Source of the DNA: Azolla caroliniana
Lineage: Eukaryota; Plantae; Polypodiophyta
Assembly (NCBI GenBank): GCA_043228905.1
Contig: JBHGNT010000013.1
Coordinates: 7,998,001-8,062,000 of the forward strand
Direction: 5' to 3'
Length of the DNA: 64,000 bases
Shown here: one piece after another, positions 1-12,070 of the stretch
Position numbering within the stretch: position 1 is the first letter of the stretch
How the letters are laid out: each line of letters begins with the position of its first letter
The notes under the pieces: generated by a model
The model's database searches: none
What the model was told of the DNA's origin: nothing
The model's input: only the letters and a program-made list of their open reading frames with translations
Program-made: the position numbers and the translations under genes

Positions 1-189
1 TTTTTGGTCCATAATAAAATTTGCAACAAACAAAAGATATAGAGTAATAATCAAGAAGCATCAATCATTATACCTTCATCTCCTAAGTGATCATGTGCAC
101 AATAACATCAACTTATGTGGTCCATAATATATATGCAACACATAACTATGTATGTGTATATATTTATAACCGTGTATGGATGCATACCT

Positions 190-1210
190 AATGGTTTTCG
201 TATTACTATATATGTCTCAATGAGCTCAGTTTTCTACAAGCCATCAATGCCGGAAGCTTGAATTAACGAAGCCTACTTCCTTATAGTTTCAAAGGAAACT
301 CCAACATTGCAAGAATTATTCACGGTCAACACACTCATATATGTCATTTCTTGCCCAAATAAACACATGCTTCAATCTCTTCCATTGTTCGTATGTTATC
401 GTGCCACCTTGAATAGCAAAAAATTTGGAAACGAAATTTGTTCATTTAGTAAAGAAATTTGGAAATGAAACAAGAGAATGGAACTTCATGTTTGGGTTAG
501 CAAATTAAAATTATCGTTAATATAACACATATCAACAAGATCTATGACCTTTCTGGCAAAGATATCACAAAATAAATTAAGTGTTTTTTATGTGCACCTC
601 AGTGTTGGTTGGTCAAGATTCAAAGGGCATGGCATACGCTCTTTGGAAGTTGTATTGGTCCGTCGTCTTCCTTTTTTTGATGATGGTAGATGTGGATTCG
701 AGCTTGCATTCGCATGAAAGCTTGCACAAATCACAACAAACTATTGTTCGATTGTCACTAGAGTCTCTGGCCTCTATTGTCAATCACTTCTTGAAGTTGC
801 ATGAGGTTTCTCAAGACCGAAAGAGCTAGTCTTTCATGTGAAATGACAATAGCAAATACACAAAGTAACGTGGCAAAAAAAACATGCGAGAGAATGCTCC
901 AAATGCATGTGTGCATGCATTCATACATGCATACAAACACAACCATGGACATGCATATGCAAATACACATACATACATGCATGCACATGCATACACATAC
1001 ACATACAAACATCGTTATAAACTGATATGGTACTAAACTAAGAACCTTCATGTTTGCAATGTCACCTTCCCTCATGTTTTCCGCATCATTATTTCCTACA
1101 TCCTCCTCCTAGCCCTCTTCACCACAAACACTTGATTTATCATCGATCAAGTGACAATATTTCCACAAGACCCTCCAATTAATCTGATTTTTGGGGTATC
1201 CTTGCGAAGA
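190..1210 (-). pseudogene. Decayed exon-like fragments of an unknown gene, possibly internal to DNA transposon copy X
   Basis: Three coding-like blocks (about 190-408, 640-830, 1040-1205), some with GT/AG-like borders. Translations such as GTITYEQWKRLKHVFIWARNDIYEC and GYPKNQINWRVLWKYCHLIDD contain in-frame stops. No family recognised. Confidence 0.25.
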
Positions 1211-1770
1211 AAATTCATAGCCCGAAGTTTTGAATATATAATTAACATGATAATATATACAAGGCTATACAGAAATCAAAGTGAAATAAAAAGAAACCAA
1301 AAAAAGGAACAATAAAATTTCCGCAAAAGCTAAAGCTGTTATAATACAATTTAAAGATGCAAGATTGTAAAAATCAATTGAAAAATTACATGTGAAAAAA
1401 AGAAAACCAAATAATTCTTAAAATAAATGTTTTGTTTACAAAATTAGCAATCCTAAGCATTTCAAGATTATATAGAGAACAATGGAAAAATCGATGTAAA
1501 AAACAAAAAATGAAAGTTCACAGATTAGAACTTATCCTTCTCTCCCACCTTCTTGTAACTCGCCTTGCACATCCTTGCTCGCTAGAGGTGGACTACTTCG
1601 AAGACTAGGTCGATCACGCTCATGGTGCTCTCTCTCTCTCTCTAGAATCATCTCTTTAGGGATATCAGTTTTTTTCCCATCTGAACCATACAAAAGGCCT
1701 CGAGTAACAAAAGAAAAAAGGAAGTCAATACTCAATTTGCAAACAAAAGTTTGTAAAGTTTTCATTTTGT

Positions 1771-2269
1771 TTACTTCCTCCAATTTTGCGAATCCGAGCC
1801 ACCACTTGAATACCTATTATTACCCCCACCATAACCACCAATGTGATTGTTGCCACCATAGCCACCATTTCCACCACCATTGGCATCATTATAGCCATCG
1901 GCACAGCCACTACCACCATATCCATCATTTCCTCCATCTGATCTCTCCTTGCTACCATAACTTCCACAATCTCCATATCGTGAACCACCACCTCTATTGG
2001 AGGCATGATAGCCTCCATCATCCCGCCTGATCTTGGTTCATAGTAATGTTGCTTCCATTAAGATCTTTTCCATTCATCGACTCAATCGCTTGCTCATTAG
2101 AGAATGTCACAAAGCCAAAACCTCGTGATCATCTTGTTTCATAACCATTGATAAGCTTGGAGTTGATAACTTCGCTGAAGTATTGAAAGGCGTCGGCAAG
2201 GCTGCGATCATCGATGGTCCACGCGAGACCTCCGACGAAGCAGCAATACTCGAGATCTACAATAGTCAT
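1771..2269 (-). pseudogene. Intronless glycine-rich RNA-binding protein (GRP7/GRP8-like, RRM plus Gly-rich tail) pseudogene
   Basis: Translates MTIVDLEYCCFVGGLAWTIDDRSLADAF...INSKLINGYETR*SRGFGFVTFSNEQAIESMNGKDLNGSNITMN (RNP2 and RNP1 motifs). A frameshifted GGYGG-rich tail follows and ends NWRK*. In-frame stop at 2129-2131. Confidence 0.9.
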
Positions 2270-2439
2270 GGAAGCTTTGAGGGGGGGGGGGGGGGGGAGG
2301 AGGATACAAAGTCTCTCTCTCTCTCTCTCCTTCCCCCCCACTTTTTACTAAAACACACCACATTTCTAATCTCCCCCCCTTTCATTTTTTAAAAACAATT
2401 AGCAGGGCCTTGAGACGTGTTTTAAAAAGAGTGTTCTAC

Positions 2440-3377
2440 TGTGTATATGTATGTGGATATCTATATTTGTGTGTGTGTTATGCTCTATACATTTGCATAT
2501 GTATGTATTGTACTCCATGCATTGTATGTGTGGCATGTGCATATGATGTATTGTAATTTGTATGAATAATTGGTATGACATGTGTGTATGTATGTGTGTG
2601 TTATGTGAGTGTATGTTCTATATACATATGTGTATGTTACATGTATATATATGGGTGTGTTTATTTTATATATACATGCATATGTACTGTATTGCATATA
2701 TATGTATGTATGTGTGTGTGACATGTGTGTGTGTGATATGTGTACATTTGTAAGTGAATATATATGTACATGTTGTATTGTATTAATTGTACGATGTATC
2801 TATTGTATATACCTATGCATTGTATGTATGGGATGTGTGTATGTATGTATTGTATTGTATTGTATTGCATGTGTTGTATGTATTCTATATATGACATGAC
2901 ATTGTGTGTAAGTTTAGATGTGTATATTGGATCCATTATATGTTCAATGAATATATGAATATACATATGTGTATATATGTAATATGTAATGTATACATAT
3001 GTTTGTATGTGTATGCATACATGTGTGTCTGTAATATGTATATATTATGTACGTATTGTAATTTGTAGTTTGTATGACCTCGTATGACCTATATATATGG
3101 TGATATGTGGAATATGTATGTAATGCATATATATGTGTGTATGTGTATGGATGTATGTTTGTAAAATTTATACGTGTATCATTGTAGGCATATGTACGTA
3201 TATATGTTTAGCAATGTATGAATGCATATATGTATGTCCATGTACAAATGTATGTATGTGTATATATATGTAATATATAATGTATTTATGTATGCATATT
3301 TTCGGGGTATTTTAGTGTTTAGTATGTGTATGGCTCATATTTAGATGTATGTTTGCAATACGCACATAATATGTATG

Positions 3378-3423
<46 letters not shown>

Positions 3424-4628
3424 TAATGTAGTTTGTATGACCCCGTATGACCTATATATATGGTGATGTGGAAGATGTATGTACATGTAGCATATGTAAT
3501 GTAGGTATGTATGTTTATGCATATGTCAATGTACATGATTCAATGTGTATGGATGTGTGCTTGTAATTTGTGCAATGTGCATAATATTTATGTATATATC
3601 TAATGTATGTATGTGTATGTATATGTACTATTGTAGTGTGTATAACTGTGTGTGTGTGTGTATGTGGTGATATATATGTACATATGTATGGAATGTATGT
3701 ATGTGTATGCATGCATGTAATATATGTATGTGTATGCTTGCATTTAATGTATGCATGTGTATGTATGTATGTTTATATGTGTGACATTGTAGGCTTATGT
3801 ACGTATATACATGTAGCAATGTATGAATGTATGTATGTGTATATATGTTATGTATTTATGTATGTATATTTTCAGTGTATTTTAATGGTTAGTATATGTA
3901 TATAGCTCATATATGGATGTATGTTTGTAATATTCATATAATATACATGTATATATCTGATGTATGTGTAAGTATACATATATCCAATGTGTGTATGAAT
4001 GTATATATGTATGTAAGTATTGTAGATTGTATGGTTTCGTATAACCTATATATATGGTGATATGTGGAATATGTATGTATGTGTGTGTGTGTGTGTAAAT
4101 TTGTATATCATATAATATGTATGGATTATATGATATGTAGTATGTAATTTATTTATGCGTGCGTGTGTAATATATGTACCTTGTTTGTATGTATGTGAGT
4201 TTGTAATACATATAATATGTAATCTTATATACTTATGTGTATGTGTATATATAATATATAATTTATTTATGTATATTTCTTGTGTTTGATATTTATATAT
4301 GTTATTGTATACTTTTGTATAATTGTGCGTATAATAATATATGCGTGTAATATGTAATACATAAAATATGTTTGTAAGAATGTGTATGTATAAATGTAAT
4401 ATGTAATTTTTATGTGCGTATCATGTATATATGTATGTCAATATATATGGCTTATTCTGATATGTATGTAACATGTATGCATATATATGTATGTATGTAT
4501 GTATGTATATATGCAATATGTAATGTATTTATGTATGTATTTACATTTGGTAATATATATTTGTACAAATATAATATATTCATGAATCATGGATGTAATG
4601 TTTAAATGTAGGTATATATGAATGCATG

Positions 4629-4660
<32 letters not shown>

Positions 4661-4812
4661 TGTATGTATGCAATATGTAATGTATTTATGTATGTATTTA
4701 CATTTGGTAATATATATTTGTACAAATATAATATATTCATGAATCATGGATGTAATGTTTAAATGTAGGTATATATGAATGCATGTATATGTATGTATGT
4801 ATGTATGTATGC
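2440..4812. repeat. Degenerate TA/TG/TATG low-complexity tract with higher-order internal duplications
   Basis: (TG)n and (TATG)n runs. The motif gtagtttgtatgacc.cgtatgacctatatatatggtgat recurs near 3065, 3428 and (diverged) 4022. A near-identical duplicated block lies at about 4510-4645 and 4667-4800. Confidence 0.9.
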
Positions 4813-5054
4813 TACTCCAAATTTGAGCATTGTTTGCATAATATATGTTTTACTATCTCATTGAAATATTTAATATTTCATGGGCTTATGTAATTTTTTT
4901 CTCTAACATAATTGATAATATCCTTATGTAAATATATTTTCAAATATTTATTTATACCCTTATATATATACGTTCTGTATCTCAGTGGTCAATTAAAACC
5001 CCTTTTGATGAACTCACGTGCTATCATACAAGTATTGACAGTGAAGCCCCCGGG
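4700..5054. mobile_element. R terminus of unclassified TIR DNA transposon, copy X (other end not found in window)
   Basis: About 350 bp homologous to 48690-49041. Ends ATGAACTCACGTG-N20-GTGAAGCCCCCGGG at 5054. Copia integrase sequence (T/AVYIQNR) starts abruptly at 5055. Confidence 0.75.
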
Positions 5055-5078
5055 CCGCGGTATACATCCAGAACCGGA

Positions 5079-7916
5079 TTGGAGACAAAGTGTCGGCACA
5101 CGAGCTATATTTCGGAACAGTTCGGTAGCATTGCGTATGTGCATGTACCGAAGGAGAAAAGGAGGAAGCTGGACGCAAAGGCTGCGAAGTGCATCTTGGT
5201 CGGTTACTCGGACGAGCAGAAGGGTTATAAGTGCTATAACCCTCGCACCAAACAAGCGCGTGTCAGCCGCGACGTTGTGTTTGACGAGTCCGCGTCCTGG
5301 TACCTGCCCTCGACTCGGAACCCCGACTCCAATACGAGCTCTGACGATGAGGTCAGTGAGGCCGAGATGCCTCCGAATGAGCCCGAAATCGAGACCCGCG
5401 AAGAGAGTTCGATTTCACTCCGGTTAAGTGGACCGATTGGACGACTGAGTCGGTACGACCAGTCCAATGAAGAGCCGACGAGTAGTGGAGACTCGGCCAT
5501 GCATTCCCTGCGCAGGAAGCCGAGGAGACGGCTTACACGCAAAGAGAAAGGGAAGAAGAAGGTGTCGGATTCCGTCACGGAAAGGAATGAGTCAGACCGA
5601 CGCGAGTCCGACTCTGAGGGAACCGGTGACGGGTCTTTAAAGGTGAAGACCGCGTCGACCGAGAAGGCCTCGACATCGGCCAATGTGAGATTACGCCGAC
5701 CTACCCGCCAGAAGAACCCAGTTGTGCGGTTCGGATACAACGAGTACATGGAGCATCATTATGCGTACATGACCCGTGTAGCGGAAGTGCGTGAGCCAGA
5801 GAGCTACGCAGAAGCGGCGAAGGATGCGAATTGGCGCGCCGCGATGGAGGAAGAGATGCACGCATTGGCGGAGAATGAGACCTGGGACCTGGTTGATGCA
5901 CCAAAAGGGGTAAAACTGATCGGGTGTAGGTGGGTGTACAAGGTCAAGTACAACACCGATGGCTCGGTCAACCGGTACAAGGCTCGGCTAGTGGCAAAGG
6001 GCTACGCGCAAAAACACGGGATCGACTACGATGAGACGTTTGCGCCGGTCGCGAAAATGACGACCGTCTGTGTTTTGCTCGCAGTAGCCGCAGCCAAGGG
6101 GTGGCACTTACATCAGATGGATGTAAAGAATGTGTTCCTGCAAGGTGACCTTGAGGAACAGGTGTACATGGTACAACCCCCCGGATTTCACTCTGGAACG
6201 AACTCCTCGGCAGTATGCCGACTGAAGAAGTCCCTTTACGGACTGAAGCAAGCCCTGCGTGCCTGGAACGCGAAGATCACGCAACAACTGCGTCGGATGG
6301 GCTTCGTCACGTCAAAATCGGACTCTTCCCTGTTCATCCGGAAAGGTCGACTCGGACCAGTTAGTATTTTACTGTATGTTGATGACTTGATCATCACCGG
6401 CGCCGACCTCGGTGAAATCGACCGCGTGAAGTTCCAACTTGCGGCATCGTTCGACATGAAGGATCTGGGAGACCTTCGTTACTTCCTTAGGATCGAAGTG
6501 ATCCGTACCCCCGAAGGCATATTGATCAGCCAACGTCATTACGTGTTGAGTATGCTCTTCAAACTCGGGATGGCCGACTGTAAGTCCATCTCGACTCCTC
6601 TGGAAAGAACTGTCAAGCTTCGTCCCGATACGGGAAAGGTACGCGACCAGACGAGGTTCCGACAAATTGACGGATGCCTTATATACTTGACCATCACCCG
6701 ACCCGACCTCAGTTATCCGGTAGGGGTGATCAGTCAGTTCATGGCGCGACCTACCGAGGAGCACCTTCAGTGTGCGCAATGCATACTTCGGTATGTCAAC
6801 GACACTAAGGACCGGGGACTGCTATATCGGACCGGTGCAGCCGCGCAGTTAGTCGGCTACACTGATGCTGATTGGGCTGGCAACACCACCGACCGCTGAT
6901 CCACGTCTGGATACGCGTTCTCCCTCGGGAGTGCCGCGATCGCGTGGAGCAGTAAGAAGCAGCCGACAGTTGCACTGTCGAGCACCGAAGCTGAGTACCG
7001 AGGAGTGGTTGTCGCGACATGCGAAGCCATATGGTTGAAGCGGCTACTTAAGGACCTGCAAGAGGAGGTGTTCCTTCCAACGACGATCTACTGCGACAAC
7101 CTCAGCAGCATCCAACTCACGAAGAACCCCGTCTTTCACGCACGGACCAAGCACATTGAGGTGCATTACCATTTCGTCCGTGAGCGTGTCCTTTTCGGTG
7201 AAGTCGAACTTCAGTACGTTCCGACGGATCGGCAAACTGCGGACATCTTTACAAAGCCTCTTGGTCTTGACAAGTTGCGGCAATTCTCAGGTGCGCTCGG
7301 GTTGCGTCACCTCGACATGCCGAACGTGAGGGGGAGAACAGTCCCGAACGACCAAGCAAGGCAACAGGAAAGGAGCGGTGACCATGACACCGAGTCGGTT
7401 GACTCGGTTGAAGACGGATCGGCTGAAGAAGCCGAGGGCGACTTCGGATCGGCTGAAGAAGCCGAGGGCGACTTCGGATCGGCTGAAGAAGCCAAGGGCG
7501 GACCCGCGGAAAAGTCTGGAAGCAGACAGAAGGGGAGCAACCGAAGGAGAGAGCCGAAGCCAACCACGTATGGGGAAGATGACGCCATCGAGGGCGAGAA
7601 GACCGAAGACGAGTTGGAGACAGCCAACTCGGACGAGAGCGAAAACCGATCGGAGGTAGCCGAGTCGGTTCGGATGTTTGATTCAGACACGCTGAATCAA
7701 CCGAGGCCCAAGCGGAAGAAAAGGCAGCAGGAGAAGCGTCAACACCGCAATAGCAGAAGAGCTGATAAGGGCCGCATGAGCAGACAAGCTGACCGGAAGG
7801 GTCGAAGCGCGCGGAGTCGAACAGGTCGAGGAGCGGGAGCGAGGCGAGAAGCCAGGAGGAACCGGTGCTGTGAAGATCCCGAAGAGCCTCAAGTTGAGCT
7901 TGATTGGGAGTGTTGA
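5079..7916 (+). pseudogene. Copia 1 pol (INT-RT-RNase H) with premature stop at 6897-6899 and a charged C-terminal extension of about 200 aa
   Basis: ORFs 5079-6899 and 7005-7916 are in the same frame. The extension carries a tandem 30-bp repeat (GDFGSAEEAE) at about 7416-7500. Confidence 0.9.
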
Positions 7917-8308
7917 GAGACATGCTCAACATCGGCCAGATCGGCTGAAGAAGCCGAGGACCGGATCGGTTGGGACCGATCGGTTAGGCCGAGTGCATAC
8001 ACCGGGAGGTCGTTAGGGAAGATATTCCGTGAGGAATATATTTGGGAGTTAGTGTAGGAGCTCCTGATGAGCATTGAAGTATTGTCAATACTTCGGTCAG
8101 TCCTTCTAGGACTTGTATAAAAGTGCTCTCTAAGCACGTCTTATGTACAGAGATTGAGTATTATTGTTGAATATAGTTTTTTGTGTTTCTCTCTCTGTCT
8201 CTCCCGCGTATACCGTGTAAGCCTAAGCTCTCCATTGAACCTGAGTTTCCTTCCTGTGTTCTGTCTTCATACTTGCTTCCGCACGCTACTTTCTACAGTA
8301 ATCCAACA
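7911..8308 (+). repeat. 3' LTR of copia 1
   Basis: TG...CA termini with TGTTG/CAACA inverted ends, TATAAAA at about 8117, preceded by a degenerate PPT; right flank TTGTC. Confidence 0.85.
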
Positions 8309-9904
8309 TTGTCAAAGGATAGCCTCACACATGTAAGAGAAGGGGTCTTCTACTCATGTGAGAATGTAAATAATTTCCTAAATGGAAATGGGAACCTAAT
8401 TGGGATTGGTTTAGATTGTGTTGTATTCTTTATTGAAGAAAATGTTAATTCAAGAAGTGCCAAAAGAAAAGGAATATTAAATGAAAATGTTGTTTGGTAC
8501 TTAGGACGAGTACAAAGGATGCGAAGAAAGATTGGAAATTAATTTATGGAGTACAAGAGAGGAATTGACTTGATGGATAGACTTGAAGATGTTCAATTAC
8601 AACTTGGTTGGTATAGGAAGATTAAAGGGAGTAGATTATTTGCATATGATTTGATGGATATAAAAATGGTTGACTTTGAGTCAATTATTGGACTAACGAA
8701 CCTCACATATAATGCAAAATGTGATAACTATCTGTTAGATGAAAGCGATTGTAAAGTTTTAAACAATTTTCTTTTGGAAATGAAATCCAGGTATGTATAT
8801 ATAAGTTGTTTTGAATTATATACTTGCATACATGTACATATATAATATATATTAAAGTAACTTAATATTTATGCCATTTATTTTAACAGGAAAAGGAGAA
8901 AAGAGTAGAAACTAAATATAAACCTACATTATTCCAAATATATTTTCTGATTTCTTTAAGATATTATTTACTTCCATGTATATTAAGTTTTCTTGCCTTT
9001 GTTGTTACATGTTATAATATAGGTCCAACATTGAAGATGGAAACGACATGAAATTTATTGCCTAAAATGAACTTCTTAGGGTTTTCTTTTTATATAGTTG
9101 GTCTTTATAAGGGTAATTTTATTGTAATAAGTTTTTTAAGTAGACATTGCAATAACAAAATGATTTATTTTATTTCATTTTGATTTGGGTAAGAATATGT
9201 GAATAGATGATGGCTTACATTTCAAATGGAAATATAAAGTAGGTTGCCATTTGTTTGATCAATGTGTTTGAGAAAAAATAATGTAACGGCTTCATATGAG
9301 TCTATCCATGAAACCAAACATAATGTTAATTTGTTAGTAATTTCATTATTGATATGCATTTTGGATTGTTCCATGTGTGCTTTTTTGAGATATATATGTC
9401 AAGTTCAAGATTGTTTTATTGTAAATTACATTGTTTTTTATCACTCTATATTCTACATACGTCTCAGTAAACTAAAAACAAAAACTTATGTGTGGCTTAT
9501 ATATGTTATACCTCTAGTGTTTTTGGGTAATGTTTCCTAATTGTGTGTGTGTTACTTTGTACTTTACACATTGTGTTTTCAATCTATGTGGCACTTAATG
9601 AAGCATTTCTAGGAATTTGCTTATAAAGTTTAATGTGGATTCATAATTTTGCGAGTCATCAATTGTAAAGATGGTCATTGATCCCTTCTAGGATTGGAAA
9701 CTATGTGTGCATGCATATTTTATATGTAAGAGTATTTAAAATGGGTGGTTATCAAAAAATATATTGGTAATAAGGGGTATTTTTATTAATCTTTTTTCTA
9801 CACAAGGGTCACTAAAATAGTCAAAAACATACGTATAAGAGGTTTATAAATGATGTCATGAACGCACGTGATACAACCTTCTTATATATAGTGGAGTCCC
9901 CGGC
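8309..9904 (+). mobile_element. L arm of unclassified TIR DNA transposon, copy Y, with a decayed spliced ORF
   Basis: Ends ATGAACGCACGTG-N20-GTGGAGTCCCCGGC at 9904, followed by CTGCAACC, whose reverse complement flanks the R end at 49042-49049. Coding-like frame at about 8330-8790 (IGIGLDCVVFF...WYLGRVQRMRRK...LQLGWYRK), then a GT..AG intron-like segment to about 8889. Confidence 0.7.
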
Positions 9905-10153
9905 CTGCAACCTCCATCTCGAACCGAGGTAGCACAAGCATTAATAAACCTCTCTAGTCGGAAATTTTCTTCGCTAGAAGACTATGTCCACCATGCTAGA
10001 ACCCAAATCCAAAAAACTGGTCTAGAAGAGGACAATTGGTTAATAGCTTGTTTCGTCAATGGCATCCCCAATTCAGACTATCACTGGATAGTGCACGATA
10101 AGGATCCAAAATCCTTCAAAGTGGTCGTTGAAATAGTTCGTCGCTATCAACGT

Positions 10154-11318
10154 TGTTAAGAGTTTATTACTAATCAATAGACCAAACTAAAGTAAAAGAA
10201 GGAAAATAGAATGGATAGAAGAACCCGTTCCACCTTACCACCCCCGAGCTATGATCTAGACATAGCCAAGCTACCACCGACGTCCCATACCGCCGGATAT
10301 TAGGATGACTAATACCTTGGAAGAGATCAACACGATCGTCGAGACGAAAGCCTAGCCCGCACCACCGGTGTCTAAGACAGCAGCCTTCCGACGTAATGTC
10401 CTTATGAGGGTAGCTAAGCCTCATATTTATACCTTTTCCTAGGCCCCTTGAATAGATGTGCCTTTCTAAAAGGCTCTCCAAATCATGATAGTGCATGCAC
10501 CTATCATTCCTTCTATCCAATCATTAGTCCCCTTTTTAGCATTAGTGAACATACCCTTCACTAATGTAAATATTAGTGAAAATACCCTTCACTAATGTAA
10601 ATATTGGTGACTTACCCTCACCAACGTTATGTGTACATAACATACTCCCCTACTTCAAAAGATTGCACTCTTGCAATATAAAGTGAGGAAATTGTTCCTT
10701 AAGAGTATGCTCGCGTTCCCATGTGGCATCATCAATAGGTTTATCTATCCATTTGATCTTGAATAGCCGAATCTCTTTAGAACGTAAACGTTTAGTACAA
10801 GAATCAAGAATTCGTTCAAGAACATGGGGTTTGTATGAAAAATCCTCTAATGTTATAAGATCTTGGAGTGTGATGGTGTTATCAATAGAGCCTAAAAATG
10901 GTTTTAGACGATTGACGTGAAAAACAGGATGAATACCAACGTTACGGGGTAAGGCAAGGTGATAAGTAGATGACCCAACCCACTTAAGGATTTCAAATGG
11001 GCCACAATATCGTGGGGCTAACTAAGCGCACTTGCCCGTGGACAATGACGTAGAGTCAGTAGGGACACGCAAAAAAACTTTTTGACCAATAGTAAATGCA
11101 CGAGGACATCTATCCTTATCAGCATAAAATCGAGCACGATCTTGAGTTGTTCTAACATTCTCTTTGGCAATATGCAACATTTGGTTCATGTCTTGCAAAA
11201 AATTGTGTGTATTGTCTAATGTATCACGATGAGTGACATCAACAGAGGCACGTGGCTGAAAACCATACATCAACATAAAAGGACTATATCCAGTGGATGT
11301 ATGTTTAGAGCTATTATA
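10154..11318 (-). mobile_element. Truncated gypsy A' (relative of A): integrase end, chromodomain, PPT and 3' LTR
   Basis: Minus strand reads YNSSKHTSTGY...LMYGFQPR...ERILDS...FKIKW...ATWE. LTR 10154-10642 (TGTTA...TAACA) shares the TATAAATATGAGGC.TAGCTACCCTCAT block with the A LTR. Confidence 0.85.
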
Positions 11319-12070
11319 CTTAACAAACTCTTAACAAACGCACTTCGAAGAAGGACCATTACAAACCCAACGAAGCGCTTAGGACTAAGCAATTGCAATT
11401 CGCTGGGAAACATAAGACACCCAATGAATTCATGGATCGTGATTGTAAGCGACAACCTCATTTTTGCATATTCTGCAAAAAGAACGGTCATACAAAAGAA
11501 CAATGTTGAAAGCTCCAACGGAAAGAGCACGATAACAAAGCAAAAGTTGCAAACCATAAAGGTCAGATTCCTAATGTCCTTGATGTCTATACATATCATT
11601 TAAGTAATTGTCAATGTTCTTTCCCTCACTATGTATTGGGACCCAATGATTTACTACGTGCAAACGGGTATATCAATGGATCTCCCGTACAATTTTTATT
11701 TGATTTGGGAAGCTCACACAATTTTGTGAATGTTCGTTTGGTTTAGATATGGGGAATCCAACCCACCGTAAGTGATCACACTTATCGGGTGCACTTGGCT
11801 GATGTCAGGAATAGTAATGAGGTAGAGAAGAAATAAGTCCTAAGAGAGGAATATTAGTACTAAGAGGAATAGAGGGTGTAGAACACTCGAGAGAAAGAGG
11901 GAGAGAGTGAGTGAGACTAAGTGAGTGAGAGATTGAGGGAGAGAAAATGATGATGACAGCGATATATTATGTAAGAAGAATATACAAGGAGGGCTAGGAG
12001 GCTTAAGACTGGCATTGAACCGATTTGGTTCGAAATAATGCCTTGTGCCTCCTTTTATAGTGTTCTCAGG

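Larger units (their letters stand above)
5055..8308 (+). mobile_element. Ty1/copia element 1, 3' half (integrase C-terminus, RT, RNase H, 3' LTR)
   Basis: ORF 5079-6899 contains YKARLVAKG, QMDVKN, LKKSLYGLKQ, LYVDD and YTDADWAG. After a TGA, the frame continues SSKKQ...TKHIEVHYHF...ADIFTKPL. LTR is TGTTG(7911)...CAACA(8308). Confidence 0.95.

Noticed and set aside
1575-2030. His-rich 151-aa ORF on the plus strand
   Set aside because: Antisense reading of the Gly-rich tail of the GRP pseudogene.
2403-2413. CAGGGCCTTGA as the left TIR of transposon X
   Set aside because: It lacks the CC terminus and the inner 13-bp motif, and is not flanked by CCGCGGTA.
2399-4740. Many Cys/Tyr/His/Val-rich ORFs
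   Set aside because: Artefacts of TA/TG low-complexity sequence.
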